From Selaginella moellendorffii (taxonomy: Eukaryota; Plantae; Lycopodiophyta): a stretch of DNA of 31,108 nt. The notes below the pieces were generated by a model that was given only the letters and a program-made list of their open reading frames with translations, made no database searches and was not told the origin of the DNA. The translations under genes were made by a program, and so were the position numbers. The stretch covers positions 441,375 through 472,482 of the forward strand of contig NW_003314377.1 in assembly GCF_000143415.4 (NCBI RefSeq). Direction: 5' to 3'. Shown in pieces: positions 1 through 10,180 of the stretch; position 1 is the first letter of the stretch, and the number at the start of each line of letters is the position of its first letter.

Positions 1-1001
1 TAAGAGGGTGAAAGCGCTACGCGGGGTTCCAAAAGTATAGTAGGGAGAGTGTAGGGGTTGGAGCCCAGTGGAGCTAGTTTGGCTAGGAAAGGCCAGTTAG
101 GCCCAGGAAAGGCCAATTTGGTCCGGGAAGACCATACTCAGTGTTGGGTGATGAACTGACCACTGGGAAGTCCAAGACTAGAGTGAATACGGACTGACAA
201 GCGAGGTAGCTTGGTGAAGTGTTCAAGAGCCGGCTCTAGTTCCCCGGGGAGATCGAATGGTCGATGCTCCTAGTCCAAGTGTGGGTGGCACTACCTACTT
301 GGATACCAGGCGTGGCTCAACGGAACCTCGCTCTAAGCCCATGGCTAGAGCACCCAAAGGCGGAAGGCAGGGAGAGTACCCATGAGGCCCGCGTAGGGCC
401 ACGGTGTTCCGAAATGGTGTCCCAAAGTCCCAGACTGTGGAAAGGAAGAGGAGTAGCCCTCTGGTGTGGTGACCAAGGACACAGTCACACGGTGAGGAAT
501 CCTTAGAGGATAGTGGGACTTAGTGGTCAGGCCAGTGGGCCTTGATCCAGTGGTGGTGGTGGCGAACACAGCCAAGGACAGAAAGGGACTTGGTGAGGAC
601 CGGAACAAAGATATTGGGGAAGGCTATTCCCCATGTCTGTAGGCATCCTAAGGATGTTAAGGAGTGGATCTGGGATGATCACTCATGGACGGATGACCCA
701 GTCTTTGAGAGACGGGATTGGAATGCAGGTGGAGTTGTACCACCGATGTGACCAAGGTAAATGGGCATGGCCTTAGCGTAACGGGCCGATACGTCAATGG
801 TACCTTGGGGTGTCGATCATGGGATCAGACACGTGGAGCACCTGGACCAAGTGCTAAGGTTGAGTGGCATGGATGCCATTCTCGGGGCTAGCAAGCCCCA
901 AGTCCTGAATGGGACTTATGGAGGTTGTGAATGAGACTCCTCCAAGTGGTCGAATGTGGGGTTAAGTGACTAAAGTAGAAGGGAAAAATTAGTCACTTAT
1001 A
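1..1001 (-). mobile_element. LTR family A, first ~1 kb in inverted orientation relative to the solo LTR at 28309-29890; runs off the window start
   Basis: Reverse complement of ~28309-29305 and of 30156-31108 (e.g. GACCACTTGGAGGAGTCTCA, AGGTAGTGCCACCCACACTTGGA). Terminus TATAAGTGACTAA reads leftwards from 1001. Confidence 0.9.
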
Positions 1002-1610
1002 TCCATCTCGGGTCCATCTCGGGTCCAACTCAGACTCCATCTCGAACTCCATCTCGGGTCCATCTTAGGTCCATCTCGGACTACATCTCAAGTCCATCTC
1101 AAGTCCATCTCAGACTCCATCTTGGACTCCATCTCAAACTCCATCTTGGGTCCATCTCGGACTCCATCTCAGGTCCATCTCTGATCCATCTCAGACTCCA
1201 TCGTGGACTCCATGTCGGGTCCATCTCAGGTCCATCTCGGACTCCATCTCAGACTCCATCTCGGGTCCATCTCGGATCCATCTCGGACTCCATCTCGGGT
1301 CCATCTCGGATCCATCTCGGACTCCATCTTGGACTCTATCTCGGGTCCATCTCGGGTCCATCTCGAACTCCATCTCAAGTCCATCTCAAGTCCATCTCAA
1401 ACTCCATCTTGGAATCCATCTTGGGGCCATATCAAGTCCATCTCGGACTCCATCTCAGGTCCATATCTAGTCCATCTCAGACTCCATCTCAGACTCCATC
1501 TCGAGTCTATCTCGGGTCCATCTCAAACTCCATCTCAGATTCCATCTCAGGTCCATCTCGGGTCCATCTCGGACTCCATCTTGAACTCCATCTCAGGTCC
1601 ATCTCGAGTC
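1002..1610 (+). repeat. Tandem 12-bp minisatellite CCATCTCGG(ACT/GT) inside LTR family A
   Basis: About 50 imperfect CCATCTCGGACT/CCATCTCGGGT units; generates the low-complexity ORFs in the track. Confidence 0.95.
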
Positions 1611-1818
1611 CTCTTGTGTCCCCTTTTTTAGAGACTCACTCATGGCTTGCTTTGTGCTTGTTCCTTGAGCCCTTCATTAGAGTTCCACTCCCCCTCTCGA
1701 CTTTTCAAGTTAGAGCTTTTAGTTCAAATGAGTTATGCTCATTTAGCTTTCACTTTGGCCACTACCACGTGGCACCCTTTCGGCTCCACTTTGGGGCCTA
1801 GGGATTTTATGTCTCACA
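1002..1818 (+). mobile_element. LTR family A, distal half (12-bp satellite plus terminus ...TGTCTCACA)
   Basis: Matches ~29440-29890 in the same orientation, including CCCTTTCGGCTCCACTTTGGGGCCTA and the TCTCACA end. Confidence 0.9.
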
Positions 1819-1824
1819 GTAGAG

Positions 1825-2437
1825 TGTAAACAACTAAAGAAAACAACTTGAAAGCCAATTCATAGAGTTTAAATATAAAGGGAAAAGGCTTATATATCAG
1901 AGTGCATCCTTTTTTCAGATAAACTTCAATCTATATCAATTGACACAGAGAGAATAATAGAAGACCTTTTGTTATAAAAGGTTTTGGGATATTTGTGATT
2001 AAGCATCTATGGGTTTAAATAGTATTAGGTTAAATAACCTCTTAGGAAGTTCGAATTTAGGAGTTCATGGTATTCAAAAGTTCTTGGATCTGACATTATT
2101 GATTAGTTAAAAAATCATGCCATATATTGCGATTGACATTGGAAGGTTTAGTTTGCCTCTGGTTGGGCTCAACTCGAGAGGTAAGGTGTCAAAAGAGCTA
2201 GGCTCTCAACTTCCATTTACAAGGGCGTGATTTGCAAAGAAGTGTAATGAATTATAACTAACCAAAGAAAACAACTTCAAAGATGATCCATGGGGTATAA
2301 ATATAAAAGGAAAGGGCTTATGAATAAAAATGCACCCCATTTCCCAATATCTTAGGATATTTAAAGTGAAATATCCATGGGTTTAAATAATATTGAGTTG
2401 GGTGACCTCTTAGAAACTCTAAACTCAGGAATTTATA
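1825..2437 (+). mobile_element. Degenerate Cassandra-type TRIM (LTR-internal-LTR)
   Basis: AT-shifted homolog of 8602-9184: starts TGTAAACAACTAAAG; 5S-like TTGGGTGACCTCTTAGAAACT near 2400; decayed PBS TGGTATTCAAA near 2068; internal GGGCTCAACTCGAGAGGTAAGGTGTCAA. Confidence 0.8.
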
Positions 2438-2859
2438 TACACTAATAGTTTTTAGTGGATTTATTATAGAAATTCAAATTACAATGTCTCTCATATATTA
2501 GAAATTATAAATAAAAAGGTTGTTAGACAATCATATTTCATAAGAATTTACTAAACGGATTTATAGATATTTAATATAAAGAAGTGCCAACTTTTTGTCC
2601 TCCCTCAAAGGATGGCTTTCTCCTTATCCTCAGAATCACATCTAAAATCTAGAGTATTGATAAATTGAAAAAAAATCACAAAGCTTTATAAAAAGAAAAA
2701 TAATTTTGTGCTAATGTAGTAGGAGGAAATAACCATAGTCTCATTTCTCAATTGTGTCATGGTCAATGTATTTAAGAGAATCAGATCTAAAATTGTTATG
2801 CTTAATATATTTAAGAGAACTAAATTTAAAATCATGCTATATAAATGAGTGAGAAATAT

Positions 2860-3330
2860 ACCATTTCTTGAATTTAGATTTTTTGAGAGGCCACCCAGCC
2901 CAGTATTACTCAAACGTAAGGAGACTTAACCCCCAAATATCCCAATACTCAAACCTAAGACGTTTTAACCCCCTAAGTATCCCAAACTAATTGGAAAAAA
3001 GGGTGTACTTTTGTTATTTCCCTCTATATTTGAATTATAGATTGTCTCTCAATTTGTTCTTTTTAATTACTTATAATTTACTATACTTCCTTACAAGTTC
3101 ATGCTCGTAAATGGAAGTTCAGAGCCATAACTTTCCCAAGAGCTTTGCTCTTTTGACACCCTACCATTTATGTTAAACTTAATTGGAAGCAAATTAAATT
3201 TACTAAATGTCAATTTTAACATGTGGTGTAATTCTCTATCATGTAATTCTCAACATATGATGTAATTCTCTGTCATGTAATTCTCAATATATAATGTAAT
3301 TCTATTATCTTTGATTACTTTCAACTACCT
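2860..3330 (-). mobile_element. Second degenerate, partial Cassandra-type TRIM (one LTR plus internal domain)
   Basis: Reverse complement shows 5S-like TAATACTGGGCTGGGTGGCCTCTC, LTR AAATATAGAGGGAAA and internal GGTAGGGTGTCAAAAGAG. Boundaries approximate. Confidence 0.7.
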
Positions 3331-4572
3331 AGTCTCTAGAGGATGGTACAATGAGAATTGTTATTTATTCTATTTGATGCTAAATTTAATAAATCTTTAT
3401 AATACATCCTAACATATTAAAATGTCAAAGCCACAAAAGTGTGCAATATTACTGCCCAATAGTTAAAAGATAAATTACCCCATATAGAAAAAGAAATAGA
3501 ATCACTTTGCAAAAACAGAAAAAATGTGTGTGTTAAGAGGGCTAAAATCACATTGCATTTAGTGTTAGGGCATTGTAAGAAAATTCAAGACTTGGGCTCT
3601 TTGGTTTTAAATATAAGAGAATGGTAAGCAAAATTCTCAACTTCACTAAGGGCATTCCTAGTTATAATAAATTTTCTTATTATTTAGTAATAATTTTTCA
3701 GGCTACTATCAATTTTACCAAGAGGTTCTGATCTCTTTTGTGGTTAAAAGACTTGAATCAATTCATTATGAAACTTTTGCATAAACTATGCAATTCATTC
3801 CTTTATTTTCCTTCACCTTGCTGTAAATAATGTTCATATTGAGCATGTTCAGTAACCATGACAATTCAAATGATCACCTTTATTTTATAGCACATGCTGT
3901 CAAACACATTGTATGCATCCCTGCATTTTCCATAAATTTTCCACTTAAAGAGAAAAATCCAACCCATAACCGACTACAACTTATAAATGTGATTATCAGT
4001 TCAAAGAACTTCAAGAGAAAAACAAGCATCTAAAGCCATGAGAAGGTGATCTTTTTTTATCTTAAGCCTGCATTTTGCTCTATCAGAAATGTATATTGCA
4101 ACTTTCCATGCCAAGTATATGTGCTAAATGACAATCGTCCAAGGCTCAAAACTGCACTAAAACATAATTGCACTTCAAGTCTATTGCTCAACTAATAAGA
4201 ACCCTTCCAGACACAAGTATGCATAGAGGTGGATTGCTTGCTTACCACACTCATGCGACACATAGACAGTGATCATCGTGTTTCATCCCGCTCAATCAAA
4301 TGCATCTAAACTCAACTACTAGAAAGAATTCAAGCACAGATTTACTTGCCCTTGGAGAGAATCTCCCAGCACAGTGCAAACACCCATGGCCTTCAGAAGA
4401 GTGATCTCATCCCTCCATGCCTCCAAGGGTGCGAACTCTTACTCCAAGTACGTTTCTCAGTGGTCGAGGCTTTTGAGAGGTAAAATCGAACCCTATCCTC
4501 CTTTTGCCCTTTCTTTTGTCGATCTTCCAGCTCGTAAGTCCTCAAATCCCGAAACGATGATGAAAGAATCGC

Positions 4573-5365
4573 TTGGAACAGGTCCGGAAGTTTCGAATCA
4601 AAGAAATGGCAAGGGCGATGGAACAACGAGCGCTGGGGCGTGGCCGATCCGATCGCGCAGCTCGCCGCCAAGCCCGCTTGCAACTACAAGTAGTGTCTAT
4701 CTGGAGCTGGAGGAGAGCTTGGCGAAGCACTTGGCTGGAGATCTCAGCGAAGAAACAGGCATCAACTTCGCGGACAGTCGTGTTTTCAGTCTCAGCCCTG
4801 CTCCAAGTCGGGTGCTCGCGTCCTCCTCAGGCTCTCTTTTGCTGGCACACACAGCGAGCTTGATCTCGGCATCACTTGGACAGCCCCGGTGGATTGGTCT
4901 CCGGCTCGGGCTCAGTTCTACACAAGCTGGTACTTGGCTGGCAGCGGGAATGCAAGGGGATCCATCGTGATTTCGTTTCGGGCAAATGATGGTTCTTCCC
5001 GGGACTGTTACTCTCCAGGCATCGAGGCAGCCGAGGATGATACCGAGGTATGTTCGTTTGAATGGCCACACGCTACAGGTTTCGTTGGATTGCCGAAACG
5101 TGGAGTTTTGGGACTGATGAGATTCACACCAGCAGAAGATCGCAAAGCTCCTGCGGCTGTGGAGATTGCTCAGCGAGTTTCTATTGCAACCCAGGCCATA
5201 ACTCTTGACGATCCATTACCACGATGATCGATTCACAACCCAAGAGGGGGCTTTGCCAAGGACGAAACGCCGAGCAGCACGAATGCGGGGGATAATCTTG
5301 TCTGGTGGGCGATCTAACAAAAACGCCATGGATTTCGCAAAGACCCCTGTCATATGGTTCAAGTA
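4573..5365 (+). pseudogene. PIG-T: GPI transamidase subunit PIG-T/GPI16 pseudogene fragment, copy 1
   Basis: Across frames reads VRKFRIKEM..QGRWNNERWG..AAKP, PLATTSSVYLEL, YLAGSGNARGSIVI, TPAEDRKAP, matching recalled plant GPI16 motifs. Frameshifts and a ~0.5-kb deletion; 3' limit approximate. Confidence 0.85.
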
Positions 5366-6799
5366 CATGGTATGATTTTTTTAATACGGGAACCCGGTTG
5401 CCGAGATGATGGCTATCAGGTAAGTGTAGAGGTAAACCGTTGTAGAAGACCCGGGTTCGATGCCGAAGGGTCCACTCAACAAGGACTTTTATGCAATAAA
5501 TTTGCTAAATAAGGAGCCATTATTCTGGTTCGCCGGCTCACAAAAACAGCTTAGACCAGTCATTTAGGACATCGGTCTCCCAAAACAAACGTTTCGGGTT
5601 CGATTCTCTTCCCGATATTTGTAAATACCAAATACTGAATCATCGTCGATCATCAATGCGGATGCTCTGGCATCGCGACGCTGGAGCACCTCAGCCTTGC
5701 GCAGATTGACGTGGGCAAGCTGGAGACTGCGGCGGCTGTGATAATCCATTTCCTGGCCTATCGGCGCAGCGGCGGCTCCAGCCCTGGCAGCTGATTCTCT
5801 TGTCTCGTCTGATTCCATTGACAAGACATGATCGATCGCAGGCGCTCCTCCTCCTCCTCGCAGTGTAGCTTTCTCGACGCTGACCTTGTGTTTGGCGCCC
5901 TGGCGGCGGGATACGTTTTCAGGGACCAAGGTTGCGGTATGAACTTCCAGAGAAGTAGACTTTGTAAGCTTTCGGTATGATCTTTCCAGGTTCAGGGCTG
6001 TGCTTGGAGCATCGACGCCACACATTCACCATCCATTCCTGTCACGAACAGGCAATTCCATCCTCAGGCAGCTCAAGTGGACGAAGTTCTCCATGTGCCT
6101 GGTGGGTTTGGGGGAATCAAACAAGCCCGCTTTTTCTCGGAGAGACTGCCCGAGCTTGATACTCCTCCCGATTTTAGCACCCAAAAATCACCCCGATTCT
6201 TGAGACGCATCAAAGATATTTACTAGCCAGACTTCCATGGTGTCTACATGAAAGGTTTATGCGAAGGAGGACGCCACCCTCACTGTCAGAGCGTGGTCGA
6301 GGCTTTTGACAAGCGCCAAAGGGGTGATTACAGTTCCCTAGGATCACCCCCGCATTGATCTGCCACAGGAGAACTAAATCTCTCGTGCCTCTTGATTATT
6401 GCTAGTGAGAGCAGCAGGAGCTTGATGGTGCAGAACTACCACTTTCTGTTCTGTCTGGAAGCGTCCCAGTTGTCACCGCACCAAATGCCACGAACTTTCA
6501 ATTGCTATCTAGGGTATAAAATGAGTAACTATCACAAATATTCTTTTGCATAGCTCGAACCAAGGCACCACTGGACTACTGATCTTTCATAACATTATTA
6601 AGAAAGGAAGGCTTTAATGTGAAAAAAGCCTGATCTTGTCCATAACCAATAAGAGGTGGGATAGAGGATCAGCAAGCAATCCCAAAGTGTATGCGACATT
6701 TCTATTTCCATATTTTTTATGCTAGAACCAGTGCATCTTAGATTCTTTGACAGGGAGAGGCACTAAAATAGCATCAAACTTGTAAATAGGTACTGTGCA

Positions 6800-7250
6800 T
6801 CACCTTGACCACATCAAAATAAAAAGAAATACTGTGTTGATCTCCAGAAATTGAAGAGTAGTATAAAAAAGGCTTTTCATAGATAACAAATTTTCTTGCA
6901 TTTCTGGGACATGCATATAGTGCCATTTGTTAAACTCAATGAGAATAGAACCAACACCTTTAGCCTCATAGAATTTTGCATTGGTGACTCCACAATGGGT
7001 ACTGGTGTAGGCAAGTCTACCAATTGAACAAAATTTACTTAATTTCTTGACATTCAAAATTATTGAATATATTGTCATATTGAAGGGTGAGCCAATAAAT
7101 ATATACTTTTAGATGGTGTAAGCCTTAATCAAGTATATGTTATTAGTTCTAATATTTGTGAATTTGAGATTTTACGGCTTAACTCTTTCTAGATTATACC
7201 ATTTAAGGAGGTTTATTTATCCTATGCAAAGATTCCTCCTATTTGGCAGG
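6800..7250 (-). mobile_element. Highly decayed Ty1/copia-like gag-protease relic (also at ~23172-23620, + strand)
   Basis: AKGVGSILI...HVPEMQENLLS resembles the copia post-protease motif (KGxGxV...VLHVPxLxxNLLS). Confidence 0.45.
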
Positions 7251-8097
7251 TAGTTTGACTTTGTTGTTTACAACAATGTCATTGCAATTGTCTTCTAAGA
7301 CAAATGACTTTGTTGTAGTTGTTAAACTAGAAACTCTATATATTTACTCATTTTTTATTTTAGTTTACAATTAATTTAAAAAGTTAGAACAAGGATTAAC
7401 TATTATATTCATTTCAAAAGGAACTTATATATATATTTGAATTTTATAATTTATTTTTGCTTTAGATAATTGTAAACATAACAATTATATCATAAATTTA
7501 TTTATTTTATATAATAAATTTAAAGTTTATAAAATTTTATTTAGGTACTCCAATGAAGTTTTAATGGTGTGGCATTTAGAAAAAGCAGTAAGAATATATC
7601 AATTTTTACTCTTTAGTGAAATTTCATAAACACTGAAAACATATATTGTGTTATAACATTACAAAGATAGGTAATAACTCCTTATTCTACTGTTGAAAAA
7701 CCACTCAAATATGCTTACAATATCATAAATGTTATCACAACAATATAAACATTTAATAATATAAGTATTCAAGATTATTTTTTAATTTTTTATATTATGC
7801 ATATCTTCAATTGAGAAAGATTTTATTAAAAAAATTTATATATATATATTCAATATTAGATATATAAATATAATTCTTGTATATATAGTTATTAAGTTAA
7901 AATTTAATATTAAATATTTTTTGTGAGGGCCAAGTGTACAGCTATGATGCTGTATAATAATATTAGTGTAGTGGGATTTTGGTAGTTGTTAGATTGATTT
8001 CAATCTAGACCACTCGCTCTTGTATATAAACTAAGGTTTATGGATTAATTGATATGTACATTTTCTGTATTCTTTTTCATATTCCATGCACTCACAT

Positions 8098-8108
8098 TGG
8101 TGGAGGTG
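8098..8108 (+). promoter_or_regulatory. Primer binding site, tRNA-Ala-like
   Basis: TGGTGGAG one base after the 5' LTR is complementary to the ...CTCCACCA 3' end of tRNA-Ala. Confidence 0.6.
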
Positions 8109-8601
8109 ATATGCACTTTTGATTATCCCTAAGGATTGTTTGGATTTGGGATTTTGGTTTACATATAGGTTTTTCCATTTGTTTTTTCCCTTTAGGATTT
8201 TGGTTTATATTTAGATTTTGCATTGTCTAGATCTCCATTTCCTTCTAGCTTTTGTCATTCCTCTTTTTTCGCTCTTTCCTTTTCGTTCATCTTCATGGCA
8301 AATCAGCAATCTCCTCCTTTGACTTTAGAGTAATAGTTGGTACAATTGCTTGATGCTATGTGCTTACAATTGAACAACCAAACTCAGTTGATAGCAACAT
8401 TCATGGCACGTGGTATAACTTCTCTTGCTCTTGGTGCCAATCCTTGCATTCAGCTGGAGTTTTTTCGTGGGAATCCTGGGGATGATGTGTACTATTGGTT
8501 CAATCACTTCACAGTGATTGCCACATATCATTCTTGGGATGATATTCGACATTTGCATGAGTTTCCCACATGTCTCCAAGGGACGGCGTTGCAGTGGTAC
8601 A

Positions 8602-9574
8602 TGTAAGCAACCAAAGGGAACAACTCGAGAAACGATCTATGGGGTTCAAATATAGAGGGAAAGGGTCTATGTATAAGAGTGCACCCCCTTTTCCAATCAG
8701 TCAAGGGTTTTGGGATAGTTGGAGTTAAGCGTCTTTAGGTTTGAATAGTACTAGGCTGGGTGACCTCCCGGGAAGTCCAAACTCAGGAGTTTACATTTGG
8801 TATCAGAGGGGTCTCGGGTCCGACTTTGTTGGTTAGCTAGAGGAATCACACCACATGTTGATTGACATCTGGCTGGTCCAGTTTGCTCCTGTTGGGCTCG
8901 ACTTGAGGGGTAGGGTGTCAAGAGAGCGGGGCTCTCGGGAGAGCTGTGGCTCTCAGCTTCCATTCACGAGGGTGTGAACTTGCAGGGAAGCATGGTGGAT
9001 TGTAAGCAACCAAAGGGAACGACTCGAGAAACGATCCATGGGGTTCAAATATAGAGGGAAAGGGCCCATGCACCCCCTTTTCCAATCGGTCAAGGGTTTT
9101 GGGATAGTTGGAGTTAAGCGTCCTTAGGTTTGAATAGTACTAGGCTGGGTGACCTCCCAGGAAGTCCAAACTCAAGAGTTTACATTTGGTATCAGAGGGG
9201 TCTCGGGTCCGACTTTGTTGGTTAGCTAGAGGAATCACACCACATGTTGATTGACATCTGGCTGGTCCAGTTTGCTCCTGTTGGGCTCGACCTGAGGGGT
9301 AGGGTGTCAAGAGAGTTGGGCTCTCGGGAGAGCTGCGGCTCTCAGCTTCCGTTCACGAGGGTGTGAATTTGCAGGGAAGCATGGTGGATTGTAAGCAACC
9401 AAAGGGAACGACTCGAGAAACGATCCATGGGGTTCAAATATAGAGGGAAAGGGCCCATGCACCCCCTTTTCCAATCGGTCAAGGGTTTTGGGATAGTTGG
9501 AGTTAAGTGTCCTTAGGTTTGAATAGTACTAAGGCTGGGTGACCTCCCGGGAAGTCCAAACTCAAGAGCTTACA
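8602..9574 (+). mobile_element. Cassandra-type TRIM, tandem form: LTR1 8602-8795, LTR2 9001-9184, LTR3 9390-9574, with two ~205-bp non-coding internal domains
   Basis: TGTAAGC...TTACA LTRs; Met-tRNA PBS TGGTATCAGAG at 8798 and 9187; purine-rich tract before LTR2 and LTR3; perfect TSD GTACA (8597-8601/9575-9579); 5S rRNA-like core in each LTR. Confidence 0.95.
8723..8778 (+). promoter_or_regulatory. 5S rRNA-derived internal Pol III promoter region (A box, IE, C box) in Cassandra LTR1; repeated in LTR2 and LTR3
   Basis: AGTTAAGCGT...TAGTACTAGGCTGGGTGACCTCCCGGGAAGTCC versus plant 5S AGTTAAGCGTGC...TAGTACTAGGATGGGTGACCTCCTGGGAAGTCC. Confidence 0.9.
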
Positions 9575-10180
9575 GTACAATGGTTTGAGTGCAGCCACTT
9601 GTGGGGATTGGAGTGTTCTCCCGGACGTCTTCAAACACGCATTTGGACATGCCGACGATTGTGATGAGGCCTTCCAACAATTATATCATCTTCACCAAGG
9701 GCCATCTGAGTCGGTGATGCAATTTGGCTTTCGTTTCCGAAGTCTTTTGCTTTGTGCGAAGCCAAATATGTTAGAGCGGATTAAGCTAGGAATGTTGTGG
9801 CCAGCACTTCATCAAGATCTTGTCAGACTTATGCATGCACTTGCTCCAGCAACTCTTGACGATGTTTTTCGCTTGGCACAACATTATGAGACGTCGTCTC
9901 GTCCACTTCTCGCTGCCCATCCTTCTGCTCCTCTTCCTGTAGGTGATGGTTCTGTTCCAATGGAGGTTGGTGCTGCTACTGCTTGAGTCTAAGGACAAGG
10001 GCAAGGACATGGTCGTGGCCATGACATTTGCTGTTGGGCATGTGATGAAGTTGAGCATACCTATTGGCATTGTTGGCATTTTTCGGATTGGCAACCTCCA
10101 TTTCTTGGGTGGAGACCTTGGCATCAACAACATCTTGTTGGTGTTGTTGTAGTGGGAGGTCTAGACACTGCAATACATTT

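Larger units (their letters stand above)
4051..7252 (+). repeat. Left arm of a large inverted duplication
   Basis: Colinear reverse complement of ~23172-26926; ORFs 4889-5227/25152-25490 and 4697-5071/25308-25682 differ by one residue each. Confidence 0.95.

Noticed and set aside
1191-1801. Ser/Pro-rich ORFs (also 28980-29778)
   Set aside because: By-products of stop-poor 6- and 12-bp tandem repeats within LTRs.
4657-4674. Inverted templated insertion at the left-arm deletion junction
   Set aside because: Protein homology (QLAAKP) shows this is the ancestral orientation; the right arm carries the inversion.
7250-7920. Very AT-rich tract as a regulatory element or origin
   Set aside because: No specific motif can be supported; consistent with decayed intergenic or repeat DNA.
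8723-9557. Tandem 5S rRNA gene array
   Set aside because: Only ~56 nt of the 5S internal region is present, inside TG...CA LTRs with PBS and TSD; this is a Cassandra TRIM.
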